From contig JBHGNT010000021.1 of the NCBI GenBank assembly GCA_043228905.1, positions 6,200,001-6,264,000 of the forward strand: DNA of 64,000 nucleotides, given 5' to 3'. The stretch is from Azolla caroliniana. Its lineage: Eukaryota > Plantae > Polypodiophyta. The position numbers and the translations under genes were made by a program. The notes under the pieces are model-generated. The model saw nothing but the letters and a program-made list of their open reading frames with translations. It did not search any database and was not told the origin of the DNA. Shown in pieces: positions 13,924 to 28,044 of the stretch; the stretch's first letter is position 1; every line of letters starts with the position of its first letter.

Positions 13924-16900
13924 TTTTCTCACCAAGATCGATGTCTGCTTTCAACACTCTCTTATGCTTTCCTGATTAATTCGATATACTTTCTGTTCCT
14001 TGATTTGGATTATTTCAAATCCATATAGCTATATATATATTATAACCTAAAATTTTCATTATAAACTTCTTAGAACCATTAAATCTAGAGATTCATGAAG
14101 AAAAGAAGAAAAGAAAATGCCATGAAAATTTGAAGAAGAAGAGGGATAAAAAGTTTACTAACCTGATTTCAATCGGCTCCTTGCAAACAGATCGGATCGC
14201 CCAACACACTTCTTCTTTTTTTTCCTCCTCTTCTGAGCTAGTTTTTGCTTTTTCTCTACTTTTTCTCCCACCCTGAGATCGCCCACTAAGCTTTTCCTTT
14301 CTATCTGATGGAGGCTGAGCAGACACCAAGCTTTTTATTAGATTTTTATTAGCTTTTTCCCCTTACTCCCTCTGAGGGTTCGCCCACTAAGCTTTTTTCT
14401 TTTTCTTTTCTGTCTGTCTTTCTTTTATTTGATGACCCAACAAGCTTTTTTCTTTCTTTCTTTCTTTCTTTCTGTGTGTGTGTGTGACTGCCTATCTGAC
14501 TTTCTCTTTTCTGATGCCTTCCTTAGATCAAATCTAAAGAGATGAAATGAAAGAAAGCAATATGAGAGATTGAAGAGAGATTGAAGAGGGAGAGGAAAAC
14601 AAAAAAGAAGGAGTCTAAATCACATGTTTCCTGACTTTCTAACATCTTTTTTTCAGGCCATTCCCTTTCTCTTGTTTTCTCCTCTTCTTAGTTATTGTTT
14701 GTTGTAATGTATGTATGTACATATATATATAATGTAGTTCAAGAGCTTCTTCTATCTACCTATGTATATATAATGCGTTTTTTCTCGCGTCGTATACATG
14801 GACGCGAAAGTCGGATTCCTCGTGCAGTTCTTCTTCTTCGTTGAACGAATCCACTCTTCGACAGAATGTTGTGGGTTGTGGTTTTGTCGTGGCTTGAAGT
14901 GCATGACCCACTCTGTATTCAAATGCCTTTTGTAAGTGGTATCGATGTTACAAGGGGGTAATCGAATCGATCTTTTCCTTTCGTCTCTCTATCTAGCCTT
15001 TCACCTTTGCACAAACTCATTATGTATCGTTTATCTAAGTCGGTTGCCGGAGTATGTGATCCCTCATCATGAGTATGCATATCTACGTAGATGTGTGGTT
15101 GGAGCAAGAGAGTTGTCGACCTACACCTAAAGAGGGAGAGCAACAACGAAATTTGAACGCTTTGTTACATTTTAAAATTGTTAAGGCAAACATGACACAA
15201 ACATCATGCTTTTGGTGCACACACCTAATCATCTCATCTCTTCCTTGGAATGTTTACCATACATACTATATTTGCATCAATAACCATGTTCGAGGAGTAC
15301 TAAATTGTGCCTTGAGAGTGTCATTCGATCTATGCTCTATGAAGGGATCAATTGTTTGCCTTCACATATGGTGTAGGTTATTAATTCCAGCTTTGAGAAA
15401 GCCTCTCTCGACCATATTGTATGTGTTAGGAAAGCGCTAAATATTCTAAAACAAAATGACCTTTCTACATAATGATGAAGTATGCTTGTAATTTATTACC
15501 ATGGCATGAATGAATGGGTCATTTAATGACTAGCTTATTATTAAAGTTGAGAGTAATACGCTCAATAAAGTCGACATTAATCTAAATCTCATAATTTTAA
15601 GCAACTTGTTACTTCTCCTCTAAAGATGTGAGCATAATTTTGAAGTTCGTCAACTTGTGATTTACAAGATCTAAATAGAACATATCACACAATCGTCCAT
15701 GATTACAATTGGTGTATCACACACTCCATTCTTTTTGTCTTTCGTTTGAAGTGCAAATTGGTGTAAGCACAACCATTCCCGAATGACCGCATTTAGCTTA
15801 GAAGGCTTATATCATCATGAATTTGATGGTGTGTTATCATGGAACTACTTTGTCCATTGTCCCTCCTTCCTACATAGGCATGATTTTTTCTCAGCAAACA
15901 CGGAAACCCAAGTTTTTGCCTCTATTAAAGATATATAGAAATGCTATATATTCTCTTTGGGGATAATGAAAAATATTCTCAAAATGTCTTTCATGTCTCC
16001 TCCAATACTACCTTATGCTTGTAATCTTTCTTGGGTGCCTTTTGCATGCTTTGAAAGTGAAATGCACTTGATGACATTTTTTTGTTGTTTCTAATGCTCA
16101 TACACACATTCACTTATACACTAACAATATGTACATTTTGTGTACATTCTACAAGTGGGTACATTGGCTTATACTTCTATGTAAATATGAATAGTCTAGA
16201 CTCTAGTTTATTGGAAAAAAAGAGAGTGTAGATACTATTATACACTCCTACTTGTGTAATTATCTGGGAACCTATTTAGTAGATGAAGCTTCGAGGGGAA
16301 GGCTCAGTGGATTGGGATGGATTAATAACACATCCTTCTGACCTTGTAACAATATGGTGAAATGAAACTTTGAATATTAGCATGCACGGAAGGTAAAGTT
16401 TTCGGGAGATGTGTCAACTTGACATTGCAATACTAGTTATGCATCATACTTTATTTGACGGTTCAATAGCCACCATAACTTTTCGTCTCTTTGTAATGAT
16501 ATGTTATTCATCGTTAAGGGAACTCGGAGATGTCTTAAAATATAAACTATATCATGAATATGGATATCAATATTCTAGACATATTTCCATCATTGAACTA
16601 TTTGCGACATACATATTTATATTTTGGGGTGCAATTATGTTTGAACAACACTTCAACTTTTAATTTACTTGGTCTAGGTGTGCCCTACGTGTGTTTTATG
16701 TGATTCAACTGATTGAATGTTGATCGTGGTACACTTTTACCTAATATATGCATATATCATAGATATCAAACTTCGAACTTAGTTTACATAAATGTAAAGG
16801 AAAAGGCGAAGTTTTCATGTTCCTCCAACTTTCACAACTTGATATTCCATGACGTCTTTGGTCATTTAGACCTACCTACATACATCCTAAACAATTTCAT

Positions 16901-19192
16901 TTCTTTGTGTGCATGTTTATTGCTTCGACTAATGGCATGCATTGCTTTTTCTGGTATTTAATATGAATAAGATTTTCATAGTAGGGGAGAAAGAGTCTCA
17001 CAAGTCGTACTATTCTCCTAATCTTGATCTTCTTACGAGAATGGGGGCATACATATCTTGCACTTATACGTGGTGAATATAAAAATACATCTGTACCAGG
17101 ACCATAGTTTTATTGATTCACATGCTGATATGACAACAAATGCATGTACATGCCAGAAAACTTAGGTATTGTACGTTGAAGTGCATGTTGGTTTAGGAGA
17201 TCATATCGAAAACTCAAAGTGATAATAGAAACATAATGCGAGCTGTTGCACCATGATACATAAAGCCTTTGAACTCTAGGACACAAAGGTTAATCATTGT
17301 TGCCATAAAATGATCGAAAACAAGTATTGGATTGAGGAAGTTGTAAAAGCTTACGAGAAAAACATTAGCATGTGGCATAACTAAATCATTTGGACATAAT
17401 TAGTAATGTTTTTTTACTTTGTTGATGTTAAGATTAGAATAATGTTTTCATGACTATTCATTTCTACAATTATAATATATGTCTACAATTTGAACCAATC
17501 TAGGGCAATAGGATTAGAATGAATCATTGCCTTGTAATTCTAATAAATAGGAGTAATATGTCAGTGAATATGACAATTGTACATGCATTTTATGCTTGCC
17601 TAGGAACAAAGCTAGGACATGTCTATGTGGTGATGGGGAGTTGACTGTATCTTAGATGAATGATTGGGAGGAGAGTTAGTGTCTGGTTGTAGTGGATAAC
17701 GGGAAACATTTACTATGAGGTCAAATATACAAATAAGTTCACAATAAATGAGGTGGGCATGAGGTCGGTCACTCTTAATTGAGAAGATGATATTAAGACG
17801 CGTGTGCATGCAATCAAACCTTTTTGTCTTTATCTCTCATTGTAGGTCAACTTATGCATCATGTATGTTATCAAAAAATAAACATTACATTTTGTGTTGG
17901 GTTTCTCATTCCATGCAACTACAAAGAAGGGTTGGGATTTAACAAACATAGCCTTGTCTTTATGTAAAAAGCTTAGTACATGAGAAAAGAAATAAAAGGA
18001 TTGAAATACAAAGAAAAAAACTGGAAGACAACACATCGGATACAAAAAGGCAACATTGTTGTACTCTAGTCTTCTAAGGGTAATGCATTTGTAATGCCAC
18101 ACACTCTAGTTACAAATTATAAACAATTATGATATGTGAATCTACGGTTTTGTACAATGCAAAATAACTTGTTCATCACACTACAATTGGTTTATGTAGT
18201 TAGCAACAACTAAAGAATTGGTACCCTATGTTGAAGGCATAAGCTATACATTAGGGCCAACCAAAAAGTTGCATGATGATATATGAACATAGAGAGTTAA
18301 ATAGAGTTAAATACTTTAAAGAAGCAATGGAATTATGATGACTATGCCAAGATAATTAACGAAAAACTCTCGTTTTGATTGGCTCAATGATATTACAAAA
18401 TGATTTGCAAAGTAGAAAATCATATTAAAAAAACTCTCCACACAAAATGAATTTTAAACCAACTTGCAACTAAATATCATCCACAACAAATGAAAGATAG
18501 CCACACACAAGTGTAATTATTACTACAATTAAGATTGATACACAAGTGGTTATCTCAAAACGTAGGTCCTAAGTTTAAGTTTCTCCCAAATCATGATTTT
18601 AATGCAGCTAACACATGTTGGATAATCCATTTTCACATGATCAACAAAGAAACTAGACATGATGCAATGTTAAGATTCATGATAGCATGCGATTTTAGTT
18701 AGAATGGCACCATTTAATATGAAAGGTACATACTATATTTTATAATCATGATCAAGATCTTTAAGATTTCTAGAGCAGTGCTCCAAGTAACAACTTGATA
18801 CAATTGGCTACAACAATTGTCAGTATTGGATATGCTAATAAGGAGACTCCTTGGCTTATGCTAGTTGATGTTCCTTCACAATAATCCTCAACCCTTCTCC
18901 AAACACATTAATTCACATATATCCTTCTTTCCTTCTTTGCACTATAACCTTTTGCCTATGTGCATTGATTCTCACCGAACCGTTAAACCGTGGCTTAACG
19001 GTTTATTGGTTCAAAGATAAATAAACCATTTTGTTTGGTTTCAAATGTTATGATCCAGTTTGGTTCCGGTTCGGTTCGGTTTTGAATTTCATGGTTTATC
19101 GGTTTCGATTTAAAGGTTTAAAGGCTTATAGGTTAAAAAATATTCTTAAATTTTCATCTTTAGGCTATAACTTTCAACTTTTAACTTTAAAA

Positions 19193-19450
19193 TTTTTTTT
19201 TTTCCCCAAAAAAACACTACTTCCCATTAGTTAGCAAACGAAGTACATCAAAGTTCAACCATAATCAGCAAAACTCACACTACTCCACACAATACTAAGC
19301 ATAATCCCCACCATGATATTTACAACAAAAGTATCCCGCTAACTCTTTTTACATGGTAACCTTATATTTACATCTCCTGTCCACTAATGGAAGCCATAGG
19401 TGGAAACAACCATCTCGGTGCTTGGTAGTTCCATTTAGGCCTTGATGAAA
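19193..19450 (-). mobile_element. Second copy of the short retroposon 3' end, nested in the MITE-like element
   Basis: T11 tract then ccccaaaaaaacactacttcccattagttagcaaa, matching 6241-6272. Confidence 0.55.
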
Positions 19451-19510
19451 CCTCTAGGCTCTAACTTATTAAATTTTATATGCATTATATAGTAGAGTCT
19501 CCTTTTGATG

Positions 19511-19630
19511 TATGATTATCAAATTTATGATAAGTATGATGACCAAATTTATCATATGTATGATTATCAAATTTATGACAGGTATGATGACCAAATTTAT
19601 AATAAGTGTGATAACCAAATTTATGATGAT
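19511..19630. repeat. 24-bp minisatellite x5 with alternating variants
   Basis: tatgattatcaaatttatgataag / tatgatgaccaaatttatcatatg units starting at 19511, 19535, 19559, 19583 and 19607. Confidence 0.85.
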
Positions 19631-20920
19631 TTTCTCACACAAATTCATAATATATATGATAATCAATATCTCTAAAAATGGTTTGGTTTGGTTCTAAATT
19701 TTCCATAAACGGTTTGGTTTGGTTTTATTATAAATAAATGGGTTGGTTTGGTTTCAAGGCCAAGAAACTGAACCGAACCAGGCCCATTACTAACTTCGTG
19801 ATGGCTAGATCTAGGGTCTATTTCTCTAGTTCCATGTACATATTTCAAAATGCATATAAATTCCACCATTAAAAGCATAGAAAATCTATTAATTGTCGAT
19901 GATATTATTACTAAATATGTTCCTTCTCACGTATACATTTTCTATTGTTTAGTGCAAATCCCATTGACTAAGACTTTATGCATTTAGGTAGACACAAATA
20001 TTGCATAATGTTCTTGCTATATCCTATCTCTTATTATTTAAGCCTCTCATGAGGTACTAACGTGTGAAGGCGGTCCATCTACAACGACAAGAATGTGTTT
20101 TGTCCAATTTTTGTATGTTAAGCTCTTGAATCTTGTTAATACATTGACAATAAGTTGTACCTTAACATGCTCTCTTTAATGTTTTTTGTAATTGCAAGCA
20201 ACTCAGAATCCCTCCCTCCTTATACAACTCCCAATCTACCACTTGTCGTTTTGGTGAAATTAAGCTTCAAATTGACATTGGTAAACTTTACAATTGCCAA
20301 GCATATTTGGTACCACCAACACATCCATGAATGTTTCTTCCCTCTCCTTTTTCTTGGAATTACTCATCCTACGTTTGGTTACTACCATCCTTCATATTGA
20401 CACTACCATATGCATGTCCATTTTGGGATAAATTTATTCTATATGAAATTTCATATTGATTGACTCTAATCTCTAGTTAGTTAGACGTGATGGAGCCATG
20501 AGGCCACCTCCAAATAGAATTGAAGGAGAAGCGAAGATCAAGAAAAGATGGATGGAAATAATGGAAATAATGAGAATAATTTCTTCATTTATTAAGTTGT
20601 TGACATCATGTTACAATGGGTGGTTGGTCTTATTACCTCATTGGCCAATATTATGAATACTAGTAATGTTCATTTCCATAACAACCTTCTCACATAGACA
20701 TTACACATGTCTAGGGATTATCCCCAAACTACCATTGTGAAAAGCGCATCCTCAACCATTCGAGCACATTATTGATTGCTTGATTGCTCTTACTGAGCAA
20801 CTAGCAAATAAAAATTTACGTACAAGCAATTTAAAAAAATCTTGTTTTCTAAGCAAGTAAAATTCCAATGGAGCGTGGATTCTATTCAGAGAAGGGAATT
20901 TCTTCCCCTTCAACAAGGTG

Positions 20921-23900
20921 TGTTAAGAATTAGGTGATTAACTACGGGTTAATTAGTACCTAATTATGTGATTAAGTTAAGTGCGGAAGATTATGTGATA
21001 TGTGTGTATGTGTGTGAGAAGAAGAGAGAGAGGAAGATACACTTATGAACAACACAAGATGGGGGATGATTAACTCTACATTAACTTAGCATTATCATCA
21101 TCAAATACAAAAATACCCACAATGAGGTATATATAGGTCTCATGTGCAAGGGTGCACATGTGTGAGGAGAATATAGGTACAAGGGTATAAGTCCTATATT
21201 AAATGTACTTGGGAGTGGAGGATCTAGAATATCCCACTTAAGTACAAGGTCCTATTTAAGGCATTATAGTAAACACTTCTAACTAGATTCTATCTAGGTA
21301 ACTACGAAGTTACATGGTTGACTAACTAACTAAACTAAGTTGAGCTTGATCTCTCAACACGCCCCCTCAAGCTCAAGTGTGAGGCGTCCGACATCCGCTT
21401 TAGCTTTCGTCGGCTTCGTGTGCTTCCGTCTGGCCTTCGGCTTTCTTTGCCGTGGCAATCTTGGTTCCTCCCCCCTCAAGCCAGTGACGAAGGCTTGTAG
21501 TGTGTGGGCAAAGGTCAACTACTTCCACCCATCGTGGGTTACGAGCCGCTTTGGTGGAGCTCTTGGGGTCTTGTTCGGCCGCTACCTTCATCGCGAAGGC
21601 ATTGTGATGGGCCATGTACTCATTGTAGCCGAGCCGAGTGACAGGGTTCTTAGCTCTAGATGAGCGTCGAAGTTTTTCGCTTGCCGATGTGAGCGCCTTC
21701 TTTGCTCCGGGTGTCCGCATAATGAGTACACCAAACTCACTGTCTAGTGAGGGAGCCGACAATCCGAATCACTGTCGCCAGGGTGGTCGACTTCGTATTC
21801 GGCCATCTTACCTTTGCCTTTGTCCAAGTTTGTAGTTGGCCGCGACGTGCTTGGGTCGCGCGGGGGCTCTTGTGGCCCACTAGGCCTTGTCGTAATCGGA
21901 CTTTCTTCGAACATGTGTTTGAAGCGATCTCCATCTTCTACCTCTTGTTCGACGGATTTCGGGTTGAGCGGAGTTAGAGTTGAAGTTGTCTCTAGTGCGT
22001 ACCAAGATGTAGACTCGTCGAAGACTACGTCTCGACTTACCCGAACCGCTTGGGTAGAAGGGTTGTAGCACTTGTATGCCTTCTTCTCGGACGAGTATCC
22101 TATGAGGATACATTCCTCTGACTTCACATCGGGCTTCTGTCGTTGTTCGTTCAGGACGCGTACATTCGCAATGCTTCCGAACACCTTGAGGTGCCATAGG
22201 ATCGACTTCCTTCTGACGAGGAGCTCGTATGGAGTTAACTCATGCACTCCATTGGTGGTGCATTGATTCATGAGATAGAGGGCGCCGCTTCGGCCCAATA
22301 GAAATTCGGCATGTGCTTCTCATGCATCATGGCGTGTGCTACCTCGAGTATTTGCCGATTCTTCCTTTCGGCTACTCCATTTTGTTGGGGTGTGTGTCGG
22401 CACGCGAATTCTCTCCGAATGCCTTCACTTTGGAGGTAGGAGGTGTATTCATCAGAGAAGTACTCCTTGCCTCCATCCGATCGTAGGCATCGAATGTGCC
22501 GACCGGTTTCTTTTTCGACTTGGCCCTTGAGCTTTTGGAAGTGGGAGAACACTTCACTCTTCTTCTTCATCGGGAAGATCCATGAGTAGTCGTCGATGAA
22601 GGTGATGTAGAATCGACATCCGCCGATCTTCGGCGTTTGAGCCGGTCCCCATACATCTGAGTGTATGATGTCGAGGAGGCCTTTGCTCGTGTGGCGCTCG
22701 TTCGAGAATGGGAGTCGATGTTGTTTGCCAAGTTGACACGCTTCGCATACTCGGTTGACTCATTTCGACTCGAATGTCCGAAGTCCGATGACGACTCCCT
22801 TTGATTGCATAGCTCGGAGCCGTTTGAGGTTTATGTGGCCGATTCTCTTGTGCCACAACTCGATGCTTGTCTCGGTTTTGAGACCTTTAGTGTACATTGC
22901 CGATTTCACCTTGTTCGAATTGAGGATGAACATTCAACCATCTCTCCGCCCCTTAGCTATGAGTCGACCATCTTTCTCGATGAAGCACCCTTCGTTGTTG
23001 AAGTAGACTTGCATGCCTTGCTCCACGATTTGGCCGACGGAGACCAAATTCTTCGTTATTGTGGGCACATGCAAGACATTCTTGATGCAAGTTTCCTCAC
23101 ATTCTTTCCCGAATGGGACATTGCCGATGTGCCGAATGGGATGTGTGGTGTCGTCTCCCGTCTCTATGAAGCCGGGTCGGTCTGGCGTTCGTAAGTCACG
23201 AAACCACTCTTGGTGTGACACCATATGATGTGAGGCGCCGGAATCGATGAACCACACATCTTCCGAATGGGAGGTGCTTGCGGAGTTGGAGGCCGACATA
23301 GAGTTCACTCTATGCCTCATTACGAATAGTTCTCTGTAGTCATCGTATTTAGAGTTAGCAGCATAATTCGTGAGTTGCCAACTTGTCGAAGCCGACTCGC
23401 TTCTTCATTTTTGGCACTCCTCCTCGCGGTGGTCGATTTTTCCGCAATAGTTGCAAGTTGCAGGCCTCATTTGCCGACCTTGTTCGTCATGGAAGCTCCC
23501 CTTCTTTTGAAGGTTCCTTGATGGCTTCTGTCTTGTTGTCGAAGGTTTGAGTTCCCTTCGTGTGATGGGTCGAATCAACCTCTTCTATCGCCTCGATCTT
23601 GTCCTCAACCACCATCTGAATTTGAGAAGAACATTTGTCCTTCCGATGTCTTGGTTTTGGTTTGGACGTGGTTCTCTTCAACCATTAACATTGATTGAAG
23701 GTCGAAGAACGAAGGAGGATTTTCCCTCGCCAAGATTGTCGTCCTCAACGAGTCGAATTGTTGTGCGAGGCCGCCCAAGCATACTTGAACCATCTCGTCT
23801 TCGTCGATGTTTATTTTGATGGAGCCAAGAGAGTCGCAAATGCTCTTGATCTTGGTGGTGTAGTTCGACACGGACATGTCGTTTTGCCGAATGTTGTTCA

Positions 23901-24807
23901 ACTCTTCTCAGAGTTGAAGCTTTCGAGCGGTTGTATTGGCGGTCAACATTTTTGTTAAGTTCGCCCACGCTTCTTTAGGCGTCTTGGTGTCTCGAATGTG
24001 GCAAAGCATGTGGTCGTGGACACATGTTGCCAAGCAATACATGACTCGACTCGCCGTTTGCTCCCATGTTGCGTAGTTGACATTCTTTGAGTCGGGTCGA
24101 TTTTCTTGTGCGCCGTTGATGTAGCTCCAATATACCCTTGGCCGACAAGGTATTGGGTCATCTTGTACTCCCAAGATGAATAATTGCTCCGGTCTAGCTT
24201 TTCACTAGGGAGCGAGCTACCCATTTGTGTGTTCATTTTCATGTAGTGTCTTTTGTTTTGCTTTTCTTCCTTCAATCACATACTCGTGCTACGTAGCGGC
24301 ACTATGGTAGTGGATAGCCGGAATTTGTCTTCGGCGTTTTGAACACACAGTTATGAAGAGGCAGATGGGCTTAGTGGATGTGCTAAACCACACACTCTGA
24401 TACCATGTTAAGAATTAGGTGATTAACTACAGGTTAATTAGTACCTAATTATGTGATTAAGTTAAGTGCGGAAGATTATGTGATATGTGTGTGTATGTGT
24501 GTGAGAGGAAGAGAGAGAGGAAGATACACTTATGAACAACACAAGATGGGGGATGATTAACTCTATATTAACTTAGCATTATCATCATCAAATACAAAAA
24601 TACCCACAATAAGGTATATATAGGTCTCATGTGCAAGGGTGCACATGTGTGAGGAGAATATAGGTACAAGGGTATAAGTCCTATATTAAATGTACTTGGG
24701 AGTGGAGGATCTAGAATATCCCACTTCTAACTAGATTCTATCTAGGTAACTACAAAGTTACATGGTTGACTAACTAACTAAACTAAGTTGAGCTTGATCT
24801 CTCAACA
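20921..24807 (-). mobile_element. Ty1/Copia element A, non-autonomous (gag-PR-INT, RT/RNaseH deleted)
   Basis: LTRs 20921-21359 and 24406-24807 (TG...CA); TSD AGGTG on both sides; PBS TGGTATCAGAG (tRNA-iMet, 24395-24405); PPT next to 21360. Frameshifted gag (EKLDRSNYSSWEYKM), protease (WFIDSGASHHM) and integrase (QNGVAERKNR). Confidence 0.95.
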
Positions 24808-25310
24808 AGGTGAAACAAGTGAATCGCTCCTGCAAATCTTCTATTACAATGTTTTGATACAACTCGGAACTAGTCACCGCATTCGCATCAATCTCCCATT
24901 GAATGAAAAGTTTTTACATAGCTCTCTCATTAGCTCACTGCCTATACAAAGTATGTTTTTTTTTCCGTAACTTCACTTAAAAGGCCTCAATCAAGGAATG
25001 AACCCATGGCGAATCCATTTGAGTTATTGATGCTTGGATACAAAGTACTTAGAACACGCAACTTGCCAGAATGTAGGCGTTGGTCATGCCATGATCTAAT
25101 AGCCACCTTCAATGTCACCCAACATATGAGGCTTGAACCATTATTCCCACTTCTTGAACAATAATATTCTCTTAGGAATTGCACCATGTTGCCACTCGTG
25201 TTGGGTTTTAGATTCTCCTCCCAAACTCAATTCCTAGGAGTGAGGGTCTTCTCTTTATATTGGGATTATTAAGTAGGGTTGGATCAACGTTTACCCTAAT
25301 GCCAACAACA

Positions 25311-25528
25311 TTCATTATATAGATGTCAAACTTTCCCTAAGCTTACTAGTGCTAATACTAATTACATAGTCAAGCTTCCCCTAACTGATTTTGCACTCAT
25401 TACTTATTGTTGAGAATCATTCATTATATAGATGTCAAACTTTCCCTAAACTTACTGGTGCTAACACTAATTACATAGTCAAGCTTCACCTAACTGATTT
25501 TGCACTCATTACTTATTGTTGAGAATCA
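25311..25528. repeat. 109-bp tandem duplication spanning a host/LTR junction
   Basis: Units 25311-25419 and 25420-25528, both ending in tgttgagaatca, the first 12 nt of the LTR at 25517. Confidence 0.9.
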
Positions 25529-25914
25529 AGCTCAACTTGTGTGACAAGTGCTTGTTGAGAAAAATACGATATGTGAGCACACGTTAAATCCATGTAAATG
25601 ATCTAGTTACATAATGAACTAGATTGTGCCACCTAGTTAGTTAGTTGTCAGATGTAAATGTGGTCAAAGAATATCAGATATTATTATGATAGAATCATGC
25701 TCGAGTGGATGTCTATGAGTAGACTATACCAACCACATTTAGTGTGGCAATCCCTTGAGAACTAATACAATATATAAAGCCCACTTGATCCATTATGTTT
25801 TGTTGATGATTTTTAGTTGATTAATGTAGTTTTCTTTGAATTGGCGCACAAGTTGTCATCCCCCATCTTGTGTATTTTTCATTTCTAATTGTTTTCTCTA
25901 ATTTCTTCTCTTGA
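25517..25914 (+). mobile_element. Copia LTR relic related to the element A LTR, interrupted by element B; probably resumes at ~41335
   Basis: Begins TGTTGAGAATCAAGCTCAAC; TATATAAA at ~25771; tcatcccccatcttgtgt shared with the A LTR (reverse complement). 3' end and TSD not resolved. Confidence 0.6.
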
Positions 25915-28044
25915 TTACATGTTGAGTTACATGTTGAGTTACATGTTGAGAATCAAGCTCAACCTAACATTGTGTGTGAACACACCCTTTTAGAATCTAT
26001 AAGCACTCAAAGGTCAAGAGTCACACCACTATCTACACATTAACTATGTGTCATAGAATCATATTCAATGACACATAACTAATGAGTTTCATATTCCCCA
26101 TGACTAATGAGTCTTCACATTCCTCAAGGTTCTAGAGAGAGAGAGTGGACATTGTAGTGAGTTAATGAAGAGAGAGGGTGACCTTATATAAAGCACCCTC
26201 CTCCTACTTCATAAAGTGTTGGTTGTGACTCCTTGTAATGCTACATTTTTGTATCTAATATTCTCCTTGTGAATATATACCTTCTTCTTGAGTATTCTAT
26301 CTTCCATTCTATCTAATCTATCTTGTGTTTTCTCTTCTCTCCTCTCTTTCCTCTCACACATACACATAACACACATCTCTTATGCTGCACAAGAATCATA
26401 TCCGATTCTTTACATGGTATTAGAGCGGTTTGGTAGCTCGATCTAGCCCATCTGTGTGTGTTGTGTTCTACGACGACGTTCAAGAAGAGCCACCTTATCA
26501 CTATCGTAGTGCGATTACATAGCTTGTGTTCGAGAGAGAAGGAAAAGAAGAAGGAGATCTTCATCGACAATGAATACTCAAATGGGGAGCGCTCTCTGCA
26601 GCGAGAAGTTAGATAGAAACAACTTTGCATCTTGGGAGTACAAGATGCACCAATACCTTGTCGGTCAAGGATATTGAAGCTACATCAAAGGAGCACAAGA
26701 AAATCAATCCGACCTGAAAAACACCGACTACTCAACATGGGAACAAGCGACAAGCCGAGTGATGTATTGCTTGGCGACATGTGTTCATGACCACATGCTC
26801 GGCTACATTTGAGATGTCGAGATGCCGAAGGAAGCATGAGAGAATCTCAAGAAGATATTTGCCGCCAACACGATGACACGAAAGTGTTAATTTTGTCAAG
26901 AGTTGAACAACATCCAACAAAGGGATATGTCCATCACAAGCTACACCTTGAAGATCAAGGAGCTTTTTGACTTGCTCAGCTCAATAAACGTGAATGTGGA
27001 GGATGATGAGATGGTGCAAACACGCCTCGACGGCCTTGCACCATGGTTCAACGCGATGAGGACCACCGTACTAGCATGGGAGAATCCACCCTCTTTCATC
27101 GATCTTCAATCCATGTTGTTGGTTGAAGAAAGCCATGTTCAAACAAGGAGCAACGCCTCGGAAGGCCACATGCTCTACACACATTCGAACAAAGGAAGAG
27201 GATGATTTGGCCAAGGATGATTTGGCAAATTCTATGTCGACCTCTACTTCGAATAGTACCTCTAGTCCGGAAGACATATGGTTTGTTGACTCCGGTGCCT
27301 TGAACCATATGACATCTTATCAAGAATGGTTCGGAGAACTTCGAGAGCCAAATCGACCCGGCTATGTCAAGACCGGAGACAACACTATTCATCTGATTCG
27401 GCAAATCGGCAATCGATTCGGAAAAGAAGGTAACCAAACTTACATTAAGAATGTCTTGCATGTACCAAACATTACAAAGAATTTGGTCTCCATCCACCAA
27501 ATTGTTGAGCAAGGGATGCAAGTTCGATTTATTCAAGGCAGTTGCGTCATCAAGAAAGAGGGTCGACTCATCACTCTCGGATGAAGAAAGGGCCGAATGT
27601 TCATTCTCGACTGGCACGAGATGAAATCGTCCATGTTTGTAAAAGGCACCAAAGCCAACACTGACATAAGGTTGTGGCACAAGCAAATTTGCCACATCAA
27701 CCTCCAAAATCTCATAGCAATACAATCGAAAGGAGTCGTCATTGGACTCCCGATCTTCAAAGAGAAAGAGGTTGAAGGCATATGTGCAACCTGCCAATTT
27801 GGCAAGCAACATCGGCACCCATTTCCGTAGGAGAGGAACGTGAGTAAAGGCATATTGGATATAATTCATTCCGATGTATGGGGACCGGCTCAGACGGCTA
27901 CATTTGGCGGATGTTGATACTACGTGACCTTTATCGACGACTTCTCTAGACACACATGGATCTACGCCATGCGGCAAAAGAGCGAAGTGTTTGAACACTT
28001 CCAAAAATTCAAGAGTGGAGTCGAAAAGGAAACAGGTCGACATG

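Larger units (their letters stand above)
18974..19790. mobile_element. MITE-like / non-autonomous DNA transposon relic rich in AACCG/CGGTT motifs
   Basis: Clusters of ccgaaccg/ggttcggtt/ggtttggtt at both ends (18974-19110, 19680-19780), AT-rich interior, no ORF. Termini and TSD not resolved. Confidence 0.55.

Noticed and set aside
14270-14450. Duplicated cgcccactaagctttt motif near the SAM gene start as TCP site II elements
   Set aside because: TGGGCG does not fit the TGGGCY consensus; more simply a local ~100-bp duplication.
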